Below are positions 1 through 14,499 of a stretch of 64,000 nucleotides of DNA, piece by piece. Both the position numbers and the translations under genes were made by a program. Location: the NCBI RefSeq assembly GCF_009914755.1, contig NC_060929.1. The stretch is one strand, 5' to 3'. This stretch comes from the human T2T-CHM13v2.0 reference genome, Homo sapiens. The notes below the pieces were generated by a model, which was not told the DNA's origin, made no database searches, and saw nothing but the letters and a program-made list of their open reading frames with translations. The first letter of the stretch is position 1; the number at the start of each line of letters is the position of its first letter.

Positions 1-7
1 GTCACTA

Positions 8-67
8 AATGCACTTATTTTGGGAAGAAATGGAATCAATGCACTTATTTTGGGAAGAAACAGAATC
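8..67. repeat. 30-bp tandem duplication (2 copies)
   Basis: aatgcacttattttgggaagaaatggaatc (8-37) followed by aatgcacttattttgggaagaaacagaatc (38-67). Confidence 0.95.
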
Positions 68-649
68 AGTGCTATATTTGAATTCACACAAATAAAGTGC
101 CAAGCAATCAGGCAGAAGCTTGCTCGGCCTTTCAGTTACCTTTATCATCATCTTATTATGTTGGAAATTTTGGTCAATTGTTTCTAATCAGACACTATTA
201 AAAACATTGACCTAATTTCTTATAATGTGAGGTCTTTGATGTGAGACTTAACCAAAACAGCTTACTGTATTCAGAAATTCTTTTCTAGTCATCTCAAATA
301 CATTTGGAAAACAAATACTATTATCATTAGAAACAGTCATTGGTGGGAAAGAAGAAATAGCACATATTTAAGTATTCATTCTACACTTCTAATATACAGA
401 ATATTCTGCGTGTATTTATATTTTTATGGGACTAGTGATATTCTTTGAGTTTTATTGGAAGGCTATGAAATTTTTGTAGGTAGACTCTGTTTTATTGTTG
501 AAAAATTAGAAAAAGTTATTTTTAAAAAAATATCAATCAGTATAAGAATGCATTGTGTTATTTTCATTTAGTTGCATGCTACTACATGTCAGTGGTAATA
601 AATAAACTATAGCTATTGGAAACAAGAATATTTTAAAAAACAAAGTTTA

Positions 650-960
650 GGCCGGGCACGGTGGCTCCCGCCAGTAATCCCAGCACTTTGGGAGGCCGAA
701 GTGGGTGGACCATGAGGTCAGGAGTGTGATACCAGCCTGACCAACATGATGAAACCCCGTCTCTACTAAAAATACAAAAAATTAGCTGGGCGTGGTGGCG
801 GGTGCCTGTAATCCCAGCCACTCAGGAGGCTGAGGCAGGAGAATTGCTTGAATCCGGGAGGCGGAGGTTGCAGTGAGCCGAGACCACACCTCTGCACTCC
901 AGCCTGGGCGACAGAGGGAGACTCCGTCTCAAAATAATAATAATAATAATAATAATAAAA
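650..960 (+). mobile_element. Alu, full length (AluS, Sg-like), (TAA)n tail
   Basis: GGCCGGGCACGGTGGCTC start, A5TACA6 linker, diverged TSD ttaaaaaacaaagttta / ttaaaaaccaaaattta. Confidence 0.95.
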
Positions 961-1199
961 TTAAAAACCAAAATTTAATGTTAGTTTAAGGAAGCAAAAA
1001 ATACCATATAATCCTTTTTATATAAATGTCAGAAACAGGGAAAACTAAATTATCCTGTTGAAGGGTCCATGGGTGATACCACTATAAAGAAAAGCAAGGA
1101 AATGATTACTAAAAATGAAAAGGTAAATATCACCTTTAGGGAGAAAAAAGAGAAAATGTTATCAGGGACACATGACATTGTCTCCTGAAAATAATTATT

Positions 1200-2840
1200 C
1201 TCTTGCATATGTCGCTTACTCCTTTGACCCTCTCTACTTCTGACTGATTATCAGAATAATTCATTCCTGATTAATTCTTACTCAGTCGGTTCTATACCTG
1301 TATGGGAGTAGCAGAAACTACCCAAGGAAAACTTTAACCATCCATTGTCTTTTTTTATATTTATGACCATAAACCCAAGTGATTCCCCAGGGCTGTCCAG
1401 TAATCCTTCCACATTTCCACATTCAATTCACCCTCCCTTAGTCTTTGGTGGGTATTTTATACTTTCCCCTATCTTCTCACACCTCAACATTCTTTTTCTC
1501 TACCCTTTTAGCTGAGGACCTGATTTCCCTGGAAAAACCAAGACAAGTAGATGAGAAAGTCCTCATTTTCTCATCTCTGAATCTATCAATCTGTATTGGT
1601 GCCCATATATCATGCCTTTCTTGCTGCAAGAAAAGAAACTGTTCTGCCTTTCTCTAAAGCCAAGCCTTCCATAAATATTGATTTTAATTCCTGCTTATCG
1701 TTTGAAGATTATTACTTTGGTCTTTTCTGTTTTCTCAGCTACCCTATCAATTTTTCTGTGCTGGATCACTCCCATCATGATAGAAACATACTGAAAATCT
1801 CTCTTTTATTAAAACAAAAAAGAAAACCTCAACCTCTGCCTTCATCCTATAACTCTCTTTGATTCTGTTTCATTCTAATCCAAAATTTATTCTGTCTCCA
1901 TTTTCCAACTCTTCTCTCTTTTCTCCTCCACTCAATCTAATCAAGCTATCATTTCCTTTATTCTACTGAAAACGTACTTACAAAGGTAGTGAAAACCCCC
2001 ATAAAGCCCATTCCAAAAGTCTACTCTCAGTTTTTGTTTTATTTTATGCTTTAAGCAGTATTTGCCATTTCTGATGAAGCTTTCAGAGTACTGCCTCCGT
2101 TGTTGTTTTTCCTTCCTGACTATAGCTCTATGAGTTTTACTTTCACACATTGGGTCTTTCATTTATATCTGGACCTCTACATTCTGGGGTCCCCCGTATT
2201 TTAGTCCTCTGACTTTTTACTTGTCTCTATGCTCTCTCTAGTGATGCATATATCCAGGTATATAACTTTAAATATCATCTATATACTGAAAACTGAACAT
2301 TTATGTAACTAACCAAGACCTTGCCCCTAAATGCCAGACTGCATTTTCCAAATACTGATTGGACATCTCTATTTTAATTTCTAATAATTATTTCAAATGT
2401 ATTAAATAACTAGGTCAAAACACAATTCTTAATTCCTGCATCCCTCCCCACTTTCTGATTCTTCCCAGGTTCTTCCCACCTTGAATAATGGTATCACAAC
2501 TTACACAAACGCTCAAGTCAGAAGCCAAAGAATCATTGTTTATTCTTATTTTCTCCTTATATTCTTCACATACATATTACAGTATAATCTATCACCAAAT
2601 ACTATTGATTCTATCTTCAAAATATAACTTGAATTCAAGCACTCCTTTCTTCCCTGATCATTTTTTTTTTCTTTTTTGGAATCTAAGCAATTTTGTCCAT
2701 TCACATTGCTAATCACTCTCTGGTCCAAACCCTGTCTCTTGCCTCGAGTTCTGCAATAACATATCAACTGGTCTTCTGCATATACTCTTCACCCATCTTT
2801 TTGAGAAGTATTCTCCACATAGATTGAGCAATCTTTGAAA
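1200..2840 (+). mobile_element. L2 LINE fragment, highly diverged
   Basis: Pyrimidine-rich with L2-like motifs (aaatatcatctatatactga...ccagactgcatt; ctctggtccaaacc...ctgcaataac...aactggtcttctgc); boundaries approximate. Confidence 0.7.
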
Positions 2841-3084
2841 AGAAGCCAATGGTAAAATTTTAGTGTTGCTGTGAAAGAAAGGTGAAAGACAAATTGTTCA
2901 CCACTGCTACTCCTATTGAACATTGTAATTGAGTCATAACCAATTGATAAAACCAGTAAAGGGAAGACACATATAAGGACTGGACAGGAAGATGCCACCT
3001 GTACTTATTTTCAAAGAGTATGATTTTCTACATAGCAGAATCACATAAAGTAATGAAAAAACAGCAGTTAATCATTTACAAATA

Positions 3085-3510
3085 CCTATGGCAGAAATTG
3101 GTAGTTTTCCTCCAATAATTGTTCTCTGTCTTTTGCATAATAACAAAATGATTACATTAGGTGCATGGTCACTCACGTAAAGACATTTTCCAGTATCTTT
3201 TATGGCTAGGGTAATCATGAGCCTAAGTTCTGGCAAGTAAGATACAAGAGGGGAGGTGTGTTTTTTCTAGGTTGTGCTTTTAATAAGAATAAACATTCCC
3301 TCAGTTTTCCTTTCTTCCTCCTGCTGGTTGGAATTCAAATATGATGTGGAAACTGAAGTATTTATCTTGGCTCAAGATGGCATCCGAGAATGGCAGAGAA
3401 GTTAAATAGAAAGAGCTTCACCCTCTTGACACTGTGTAAAGCCACTCTGCCAGCCCAGAGATTGAATATGACCCTCTCATTTTTATATGCCTCTTATGGT
3501 AGCCAAATGT
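3085..3510. mobile_element. MLT1-type MaLR solo LTR, old
   Basis: tatggcaga...acattttccagtatc...taagttctggc...ctgctggttggaattc...ggtagccaaa resembles MLT1H/I/J consensus. Confidence 0.55.
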
Positions 3511-3559
3511 ATAGAACATACGAATACATCAACAAATAAATTAGATAAATAGTAGCATT

Positions 3560-5400
3560 ATTTTGTAATTGCTTTGACACATTTTGAATACATAAAATCT
3601 TAAAGATAAAATTGATATGTCCCATGCATCCTTACCAGTATCTTTCCCTCATTTCTCTCAAAAGGTTATTATTATTATAAAATGTGTTTGTCAAAAATAT
3701 AACATATATTTATTAAATATTAATATATCCACAAACCATATAGGGTTCCATATTGGTTGTGTTTGCCTTTAAATGTTCCTTTAATATTTCAAATAATATG
3801 TAACATTCTGTAACTTACTTTTTCACTCAACATTGTTTTCAAAATTCTAATTACTTTGTTATGTATTAATCTAGTTCATGCATAAAAATATTTTATAGCA
3901 TGATAGTCTACGAATGTACCACCCAATGTATTTATTGAAATTGTGAATTTTTGCATGTAGTTCAGTGGTTTATGAATGTCTATTACAGAGTTTGGCAAAT
4001 AGTAGACATTCAAATTTTTTCTAATAAGTGAGTTAATTTATGTCCCTGATTATGATCATTTGAGTTGCTCCAAATTTTTATTGTTACACATAAGGCTACA
4101 GTGAATACATTTGGCCCAGTCCTTGTGTTCAAAATAGCTGTGAGATGAACTACTGAAATACAATTGACAATTTGCAGGCTACAAGTAACTTCAACTTTAA
4201 TGTCAAGCTAATCTTTAAAGTTTATAAGAACTTCCTTGTCAACACCTTTTCACCAACACTTGATATTGACAATCATGTCTTTTTTGTTTAACCAATTGGA
4301 TGGGGATGAAAATGCATTTTTCATTCATATCAATTCAAAATCATTTACAACTTTAGTAAAATTTAAGTATAAAACAAGAAGGCCGGGTGCGGTGGCTCAC
4401 GCCAGTAATCCTAGCACTTTGGGAGGCCGAGGCGGGCGGGTGGATCATGAGGTCAGGAAATCGAGACCATCCTGGCTAACACAGTGAAACCCCGTCTCTA
4501 CTAAAAATACAAAAAAATTAGCCGGGCGTGGTGGCGGGCGTCTGTAGTCCCAGCTCCTGGGGAGGCTGAGGCAGGAGAATGGCGTGAAACCCAGGAGGCG
4601 GAGCTTGCAGTGAGCTGAGATGGCGCCACTGCACTCCAGCCTGGGCTACAGAGCCAGACTCCGTCTAAAAAAAAAAAAGGAAAAAGACAAGAACATGCTT
4701 GGATCTTTTTCCAAGTATGTTGGCCATTTGGGGTTTTTCTTTTGTGAATTCTGTTTATATCCTTTGTCTAACTTTTATCTGGCTTTCTGTCTTATTCTTA
4801 TTGATGTGAAGTATTCTCAGATTAATTAGATGCTAACACTTTACCTATTATATATATTTTTTCCTTTAAGCATTTTTTCCAGACACTTAAAATTCTGATG
4901 TAGTCACATTTATTGATCTTTGTCTTAGTCATTTATGAAATTAGTATTTAGCTAAGAAATTCTTGTTAAATCCTATTTTATTCTAATAATATTATGTTGT
5001 GTTTATTACTTACAGATTTTTAATCCATCTAAACTCAAGTAATCCACATTTTACATGAATTTCTTACATGCTTTTACTATTATATACTGAGATTTTACAT
5101 GTATTTGGATATCTGTTAGCTCTTTATTCCGCCCCAACAGCATATATTTCACTTTATTTATAAATGTAACATTATGTTAATTACTGTAACTTTATAAAAT
5201 AACTTTCATTTTTACTATGGCAGGTACCCTTCATTATCACCATTTTTCAGGGTTGTCTTAGATATTGTCAGACATGTACTCTGCCATATACTTTTCAAAT
5301 AAATGTGTTGAGTTTTAGGAATAAAACAGTGGAGATTTTGAGTAGAATTCTACTGAATTTATAGCTTGCTCTGAGGATAACTGACACCTTTCAAAGCATA
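3560..5400 (-). mobile_element. Old L1M (L1ME/MC-like) 3' fragment interrupted by AluY
   Basis: T-rich antisense L1 motifs: tttttcactcaacattg, ttggccatttggg...tgtgaatt, gagtagaattctactgaatttatag. Confidence 0.65.
4381..4682 (+). mobile_element. AluY
   Basis: Diagnostic atcgagaccatcctggctaacac and gcggagcttgcagtgagc; TSD aaaacaagaa / aagacaagaa. Confidence 0.95.
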
Positions 5401-5689
5401 TATTATGATCCCATTTTTATATATTTATACCTATCCAGCAATCTATTGACATACAAAAATATTAATGATTACATTTTGAGAAGTGATATTAGATGCTTTC
5501 TTACTTCTTATTTGTACTTTTCTCTATTGCATAATATGTAGTATTGTTACAAAAAATAAGCCATCATTCTAAAAATTCAAAAAAGTATCATAACCTTCCA
5601 GAATGTATACATTTTAAATTAATCTTAAGATGACTAGGCAAATAGTAAATGATACTTTCCTTGTAACTGCCTACATGACATGTTAGAGT

Positions 5690-6130
5690 AGACATAGTCG
5701 ATGTCTTGTTCAGAACTCTGGGACCCTATTTTACTTAATTCACTTTGTGTTTATTGCTTCTAATGCCTCACACCTGAAACTGTCTGGAGAACTGTGTAAG
5801 TGGTGATGAGGTCAGCTTTGACTGCATATGCAGAAGCTAAGAGATATATGAGGCTTTAGGCATCATCACCTTTTTAAAGGCCAGTGGCTGGTGGTGCAAG
5901 AAAGCACAGTAGCCACAGTTTTCTTTCTTGAGTTGGAATAAACTTGAGTCATATTTCACACTCCTGAGCTCGCAGCATGATCAGGCTGGGGATGAGGTTG
6001 GTCCTGATCTGCGTCCTTTCTTGGCATCCCCTCATTCCTCTCCTGTTCCCCCCAATCCCTTACAAGTGTGTTTTAGAAGCACTTTGTTAGTAAGTAACTT
6101 GCAATAAATCCTCATCTGATGTTCTGTAAG
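5690..6130. mobile_element. Possible old ERVL-type solo LTR (LTR16-like)
   Basis: GC-richer block ending gcactttgttagtaagtaacttgcaataaatcctcatctg...tctg, similar to LTR16 3' ends. Confidence 0.4.
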
Positions 6131-7339
6131 TGTCTTGTCTTTATGCCTTTAAAAATACCATAGTATTATTTCAAAAACACAAAACAAACCAAAACCTGGT
6201 TACAGACCAATCCATCTTTTGAATCACATACCATCCTAGTGGGAAAGTAAGTATGAAATATGACCATGGATTATCTTTAAAGTTTAGTAGATTTTACCTT
6301 TGTCCCTAAAATAAAGAACTGCAAACATTTTAAAATATTATGACATATATAATATTTATAATAGAAATTCTGATTTGTAACTACATGAGTCCCATGAATT
6401 GTGTTGTTTCCATCCAGATTTCAGTTTTCTTTATTATGGAAGCACTAGACATTTAATTTAAAATATAGAGGATGTGGCAGGAATGTAGCTATAAAATAGC
6501 TTAAATGTCTCTCACAAAAAGCAATGTTAATCTTAAAAGCAAAATCATATACAAAGTGTGTGATTATGGAATGCTTAAACAAATGTTCTTTTATCCCACA
6601 TAGACTTCTCAAAGTTTTAATTTTAAAATTGGGGTATAAAGATACCATTCAACCATTTTCTCAGTGTCACGGTTGAGACAGTGGTCCTCATAATCCACCA
6701 CTTTGCTTGATTCTGGGATAGAAGAATGGAGCAATGAGCAAAGATAACTGGGCAAGGTGCTATTCACTTCTATAGTGTAATCTGTCTCCTGCTGCTTTTG
6801 CTTATCACTGCCCTCGCTTACTCTTTATTTCCCTTAAGAACCTGCATGCAGCTTGGCCAGGGTAGTAGAATTATCACTAAAATCAGCCCCATTACTGCTT
6901 GACCAATGAATAAGACCCTGATGATTCCTTGATCCCTGTTTGGATTTATACATTTGATCAATTGCTAATGTCGCTTCTGCCTGGTGTCTCCCATCCCCCA
7001 CCTTCATACCTTCTTAGAAAAAAGCACATACTTCAAGTTCTAATATAGAATGGAAATGTTCCATCATTCTTTCTCTCCTGATTCTCATTTCTCTCTTCTC
7101 AAATCCACCATAATGAAAGCTATAATTTAGAAACAATCATTTGGATATTATGCTATTTTAAGTGAATGAATTAAATTTGTTTGCTTGATAGACTTTGACT
7201 TATCTTGTTCTACCTTCTACCTGAGCTAAATTCTTATTTTAATATTATAGAGATTATAATTTCTGATAGTGCCTTATAAAATCTTTAGGGGAATGGTTGT
7301 TGACAAGGTATTGGTTTCTGCTCTACGTGGCAAAAATTT

Positions 7340-7560
7340 GTAAAACAAGGGATCTGGAGACAGAAAATCTGGGTTTGAATTTCTGTTACTACATGATTTC
7401 ATTTAAATTAGTTCACATCTCTGTAGCTCTGTTTTCTCGTTGGTAAAATGAGAATAATAGTATGTATAGAAAATGTTTTCATAAAGTTGTGAGAATTCAA
7501 TGAGATGAGCACAATGTACAGCACATAGTGAGCAGTCAATATATGTTAACTATTACTTTT
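7340..7560 (+). mobile_element. MIR SINE
   Basis: tctggagacaga...ctgggtttgaat...gttttctcgttggtaaaatgagaataatag core. Confidence 0.8.
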
Positions 7561-7587
7561 GTTATTGATACTAAGGGCTTTTACTGA

Positions 7588-7905
<318 letters not shown>

Positions 7906-8109
7906 CTGATTCACTAATCTTTTATTGAAACATTGTATGCTAGGCATTAGGCTTGGTGCTGAAAGTGTCTGCGTGAATAAGACACAGGACATTTCCTGGG
8001 AAAATAATTTGTCTAAAAGAGGAGTCAGATAATGCTAAAATAATTACAGTACACCATATATCTATGACAGTGGTTAATGTGAAGAACTTAGGAGGTGACC
8101 TCTCAATAT

Positions 8110-8335
8110 GATACTCCCTATATAGCTTCCTTGTTTATTTCTCTTCATAACATCATTATTAACATGTTACACATTTTTGTTGTGTATTTGTTTATTACCT
8201 GCATATTCTTACTAGAATGTAAGCTCACAGAAAAAAAGGGACTTCTGTCATTTGCTTTACCGCTTCTGCACCAATACCTAGAGCACTGCTTAGTACATAG
8301 TAAGTCCTCAATAAATATTTGTTGAAAGAATGAAT
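8110..8335 (+). mobile_element. L2 3' end
   Basis: ctagaatgtaagctc...cctagagcactgcttagtacatagtaagtcctcaataaatatttgttgaaagaatga. Confidence 0.8.
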
Positions 8336-8616
8336 TATCAAAGTTCCCCAGTTATACACCACTCTTGCCAAATGGCCAAAGTGTTTACTCCTTCAGGCTC
8401 TTCTGTTGTCCTAGAGGATAGGACTTAAGATGTACCTTCTCAATTTAAAGCACTGCTAAAGTTCAGAAGAATAAATAATAAAGGGCATGCATAACAGTTT
8501 TTCAGGTGTTACAAAAATGAAGAGAAATACCTCAATCAAGTGGGAAACCACAAGCCAGGAATAGTAAGATGGAATTTAAAGGTGGTAAGTTTAAATTCCT
8601 ACACTCATGGTCAAAC

Positions 8617-8626
8617 TTATATATAT

Positions 8627-8667
<41 letters not shown>

Positions 8668-8722
8668 TAATTTATAAATATATATAAATGTATATATATA
8701 AATTTATATATATATATATATA
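8617..8722. repeat. Compound (TA)n-(CA)n-(TA)n microsatellite
   Basis: About 16 CA units flanked by TA-rich alternating tracts. Confidence 0.95.
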
Positions 8723-9654
8723 TGACAGGGAAGACTTTGCTTAATAGCAATTAATGGAAAACAAGATGTAGGATAGTTCATTTATGCAAATATATAATAG
8801 GCCAATGGCTTGTCAAAATAAGTGACGATGTTGTCTTCTTAGCACAGAACTAGGACTTACCATTCCTATTATAGTATGTACTGGCAGACAATATTTGAGT
8901 AACTGTGCTGACTTCTCATGTCAAAAGTTGGCAGCAGCTCTGAATGGTCTGGAAAAAAAGTCATATAGATACTGAACAAACTAAGTGTGCTTGGTCTAAA
9001 AAGGAAAAGAAGTAGGGGAAAATATATTTGCTGCTTTCAAATATTTGTATGATCATTTCGCTTGAAGGCTTACACTGTTCCAACATAGTAGTGGCTGGCA
9101 TAATGGAGAGAACACATGCATTCTAGTCAAACAGAGCTGACTTCAGTTCTAGTGCAGACATGGACCACCTGTGTGGTTTTGGTCCCTGAACCCCTAGTTT
9201 CTCAATATCAAAAATAAAAATAGTTAAGCTTACATTATATGGTTGTTGTGATGATTGAAAGTACCACTGGTTAATCATGTGGCACATTTTAAGTTTTCTA
9301 TAAATTATCATTTTTTGGCATGGCTCACAATAGTAGAAGTAGCACTAACAGAATTACAGCAACGCTCAAAACAAAGGGGTTGTTCAAACATGGAATCAGT
9401 AACCTTCTTAGTGAGTTCATTATTACTGGAAGATTTCAATGGCTAAATAAGCACCAACAATTTTTAAGGTCCTTTTATTCAAGATTTAAATACCTAATGT
9501 GGTCTCTACCACTGCAATGGAATCTATTCTAGAAAAAATGTCATGATTTAGAATGTTTCCAAGTAAATATAATTATTGTACCTATAGATATTATTGAGTA
9601 GAGAAAAAATGGACTTTTATGCATCAGTATATCTTCACAGAGTAGTAGAAAGTT

Positions 9655-9850
9655 CTTGAGAGACAGGACAGGCTTTGAATCCCAGCTGTGTCACTTAGCA
9701 CCGTTGAACTCTTAGATAATTCTTAATCTCTCTTAACCTCAAGAAACAGAGTAAATTATAAGTGATCTCACCTCATGGAGTCATGGAGAGTTAATGTCCT
9801 GCGTGTGGTACGGAATCTAGCACACTGTAGTCACTCAATACATACAGTCA
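9655..9850 (+). mobile_element. MIR SINE
   Basis: ggctttgaatcccagctgtgtcacttagc...cttaatctctcttaacctca. Confidence 0.7.
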
Positions 9851-12379
9851 CTCAGTAAATAATTATTTCTGTCTTGCTACTGCCCAGAAAATAACAAATT
9901 ATGACATTTTCTTGTCTTTCATTCTATTTCCTATAATAGTAACTGGAATGCAGTGCTGATATTGTAGCAAAATGAGATTTGAGAAGAAATGCTCGTAATT
10001 GGTTGAGACTAACAGCAATCAATCTATAGATGGGCTATAAAAAACAACCAAAAGCCAGGCAATAAGGATTTGGTAAAATAAGGACTGCCACTATTTCTGT
10101 CACCTTGAGCAAGTCTTTAAACTCTTACCTCTCCATACAGGACAAATGAGGCAAGTGTTCTTAACCAAGTAGGAGAAAACCACAAGATAAATATGAATGG
10201 TATGATGAACTGTTAGTTTCACTCAATAAATTTTACATTTTATTTCAAGGTGGCCAAGTATCCTATTTCTATAGAATTACCAGAAAGACAATGACAATCA
10301 ATAGAAAATAGTTGTCTACAAAATACTTTATTTATCCCAAGCAATAATAACACAATCATCAAAGTCATTGCTTTTATAGGAAAAAATAAACAAGCACATT
10401 AAAATTTTAGGTAAGTTCTCAAAATGGTGCTATACATTTAGTAATAATGTCCTTAGTTTTAGAGTCTTTCTTCCTGGATGGTAAATAATACAATGGGTAA
10501 GGAGGGTAGGGGAATACCTCTCTTGTTTGCCTCTGTATCTCTAGTCCTATGTGAACCCATGCTCAATGATTATATGTTGGACAAATGAACACATGATTCA
10601 AGCAGGCCACCTAAAAGTTTGTCCAGAGAGGACTGAACACCCATTCCTACTTTCTCCCTCTCATCCCCACATCAATGTGCACTTCATATACTCTGCCCCT
10701 CACCATAAACTTTTTTTATGTAAATTGTATTTTATTTTTCTTGATTCAGCTTTTTGAAAAAAGACTCATTGTATTATTCTTGCATTCACAGTATTTGGGA
10801 AACAGCCATCAAGAAGTGTTCAATGAATGACAGGGCAACACCCCACAATTGCAGGAAAGAAAATTTTTCATGATGACACACAGGCTTCAGGCAATATTTC
10901 AACTCTGATTGTGAGATATCTCAGCTGCTTCAGCATTGAATCATCATGGCCATCTTTCCCATATTTCTATTTCTGTCACCTGTACCTAGAAACATACTTA
11001 GGTGCAAGAGTTATATTCGAAGTATTCAACTACTGCTAGAGATTGGGCACTAACCAATCAAACCAGAAAAAATTCGTATGCTAGCTAAGGCAAGCTCCTA
11101 AATGCCACTTCTGGTGCTACACGTTATTTTGTAGATGCAAAACAGTACATTGGGCTGGGGTGCTGGGGGAGGTGATTGACTATCAAACTGAGATAAGGAA
11201 GGAGATACTAGGAAGAACAGAATGGTGGCCATTTACCTACTGAAATGTTAATATTTCAAAATGTTAACAATCAATTTGGCTGTGCTGGAACACACTAACT
11301 GAATATGAGCTCTGCTTAGCAACATGTATTAATAAAGGAATTGGCAGAATGTCAACAAGTTCTACAAACTGGAATCCTGCCAATTCTTTTTGACTACCAC
11401 AACTCTTTACAACCTCTGCTAACATCCCTTTTCTTGAAGAATGCAGACTGGAAAATAAATGGTGAATTTTAGTATCTGCAGAAATGTGGATGGTATAACA
11501 GTATTTTACAGAAGTCTGATTTATAGGAGGAGAATGGAAAATTATGTGTGAGATCTAAAATTGCATTCTCCTGGGATCTTTTCTACTTTTCAGAAGAGAG
11601 TTATATCAGGTCAGAATTCTATTATTTTTGGCTAAAGGCCAGTGAAAAGTCTTACAATGCGATCTTAACATGTTATAAAAAATCAAATCAGAACAAAGTT
11701 AGAGTGAAATTCTGAGCATAAAACTTGATAACGACAGTTGAGAGTTAATTTCATAAAATGAGACAACAACCTAATACTTCATTGTTTTTCCTTGCAATGT
11801 CCTAAGTTTTCATTAGCTGCTATAACTATCAGACATGAAGAGACACTACAAACTCTACCAGTAGAGCCTGAATAATTTCTTCTTTCCTAAATTTCTAAAA
11901 TCAGAGCTGCATCCAAGAAGCTTCTTACATAATCAAAGATTCATTCTATAGAATCCATAGCTGTATAAAGGGACCTTAACTGAGGGAGTCAACCATTACC
12001 AACTTACTGGTTTTCATGAGTCCTGGGTACTTGCCTTTAATTAGGTAACTTGCCATCATGACATTTTGTAGCTGAAGAAAGTTAAAACTAGCCAAGTACA
12101 ATTTTCTATTTCATATTATATCTAAATTCTTTAAACCACATACATTTGGATGATTAAATATTTTATGAGACTTTAAATAACAATTATTCATAGTGGTAAT
12201 TGGAGCATATGCAAATCCTTCATAATAAATTGCTAACATATAGACAGTGTGTCTTATTTAAATCATATGTGTTATACAACCATAGACCATAATTGAAAAG
12301 TATTTATAACATATGCAAGCCCTTTTTATGTTAATTAATTTCCTCCCTATTCAGTAAAAACAAGCAAATAAAGCAAAAC

Positions 12380-12417
12380 TTTGACAAAATGAGAATAATT
12401 TGACAAAATAAGAATAA
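12380..12417. repeat. 19-bp tandem duplication
   Basis: tttgacaaaatgagaataa followed by tttgacaaaataagaataa. Confidence 0.85.
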
Positions 12418-12592
12418 GATAATTTGTATGAATTTGAACATCCTAAAGAATTAGGAACATATATAAGCTGGTTTTAATGGCAATTTTAAAAACTTTATGA
12501 CAAAATAAGTTCCTATCTCCCCCCAGATACACACAAATAATGGTAAATGATGGGCTCTTAGTTTATTTTCTAACATAGAAATAGAATCTTTG

Positions 12593-12908
12593 GGCCAGGT
12601 GCTGTGGCTCATGCCTATAATCCCAGCACTTTGGGAGGCCGAGGCAGGCAGATCACCTGAGGTCATGAGTTCGAGACCAGCCACACAGGGCAACATGGTG
12701 AAACCCCATCTCTACTAAAAATACAAAAAAAAAAAAAAAAAAATTAGCCAGCTGTGGTGGTGTGTACCCGTAGTCTCAGCTACTTGAGAGGCTGATGCAG
12801 GAGAATGGCTTGAGCCCTAGAGGCGGAGGCTGCAGTGAGCCGAGATCACACCAGTGCAGTTCAGCTTGTGCTACAGAGTGAGACTCCATCTCAAAAAGAA
12901 AAAGAAAA
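12593..12908 (+). mobile_element. Alu (AluSx/Sz-like) with expanded middle A tract
   Basis: gatcacctgaggtca; TSD agaaatagaatcttt / agaaatagagtcttt. Confidence 0.95.
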
Positions 12909-13582
12909 AGAAATAGAGTCTTTGAATATAACATTTTCATTATTTATACCTTGAATTTTCTCAATTGATTAAGTAGTCTCTAAATAAGCAAATTTTGACC
13001 ACATTATCCCCTTATATTAGGAATAATAATGGCTACTTGCCACTCAGATATTACAAATCATATTCCAAATATGTATTCCTTGTAACTATGAACATAGATC
13101 CAATAATAAATGTAGGGGGCGTTCATTTCCCTAACTTACTGCTTCAGCACGTTATAAAAGAATTCACTATTTCATTCTGTAATAATGACAGGATAGTGAA
13201 TTTGTAAATTATGGCAGAAAATGGGCAGTGATATGGAAACGGAGCCTGTTTAGAAATGACCTGAATTTACTCCCACTTCCGCAGAAGGAGCCATGTTCAT
13301 TTGAGATGTAAGTAGGAAGAGGGCTTTCTCCCATAGCATTTTACTCCTGATAACACTGGGGCTATAAAATCACTGCGTAGAATTGAAGTTTAGGGAGGAA
13401 CATTGATGTAATGCCCAGTTTTTATTACTCATTTCATATTTAGGGAATACGGCCTCATATTAACAATATCTCTCATGTTAAATTATATATACCTGTAATA
13501 ATTTTCTTTCATACTTTCTAGATTTATGGAGCCCACAATTCTTAGCATAGTTTTGTGTTTTATTGGCTGCCCCTCAATCTTT

Positions 13583-13896
13583 TTTTCTTTTCTTCGTTTT
13601 TTTTTTTGGGGTGGGGGGAGGATGGCGTCTCGCTCTGTCGCCCAGCTGGAGTGCAGTGGGCGATCTCAGCTTACTGCAAGCTCCGCCTCCCGGGTTCATG
13701 CCATTCTCCTGCCTCAGCCTCCTGAGTATCTGGGACTACAGGCGCCTGCCACCACTCATGGCTATTTTTTGTATTTTTGGTAGAGACGGGGTTTCACCAT
13801 GTTAGCCAGGATGGTCTCGATTTCCTGACCTTGTGATCCGCCCGTCTCGACCTCCCAAAGTGCTGGGATTACAGGCCTGAGCCACTGTGCCCGGCC
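13583..13896 (-). mobile_element. AluY
   Basis: gcaagctccgcctcccgggttcatgccattct, gttagccaggatggtctcgat; TSD gctgcccctcaatcttt. Confidence 0.95.
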
Positions 13897-14095
13897 CAGC
13901 TGCCCCTCAATCTTTCTAAATTTGTTTGTCATTAATAGATTTTCTGAGTCCTCCATCTCACGCAAACAGTTCTACTTGCACCATTCCTCTCCCTTAGAAT
14001 AAGCCTCATCATTTCTAACTTTTTTTTTTTTTAACCAAAAATACCCTCAGAAAATAATGGACCGGGATCTGTGGTGTTAATCAAGTCTTATATTA

Positions 14096-14137
14096 AAAAA
14101 CAAACAAACAAACAAACAAACAAACAAACAAAAAAAC
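14096..14137. repeat. (AAAC)n microsatellite
   Basis: About 8 AAAC units. Confidence 0.95.
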
Positions 14138-14499
14138 ATTTCTTTTCTAGCGAGACTTCCCAGCCTTCCTTAAGTTTGTTGCATTTATGTTATGCTCTTC
14201 CATCACCAGTTTTGCCACCTGGAGTAAGAGCCACCCGAGAAAGATTCCATGTCATGTATTTTGCATCATAGAACTTTCCTAAACAAAGTGTAAGAATATA
14301 GGTGGTGCTTAATGAAGCCTGGTTTTCCCTATGTGTTTCTACCTCCCTTTTCTGTGTATAATTAAAGCGACAGTGATAAAGAGGAGGAGATGATGAGAGT
14401 AGAATTGCCTCTAATTTGTAAGTATTTGAAGTATCTTCTACGTTTTTAAGAAAAAAACACAAGCAATACCAAAAAGAATGAAGAACATACTAGCAATTG

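Noticed and set aside
11040-11330. Possible old hAT DNA-transposon remnant
   Set aside because: The ends look TIR-like, but I could not assign a family or confirm both termini.
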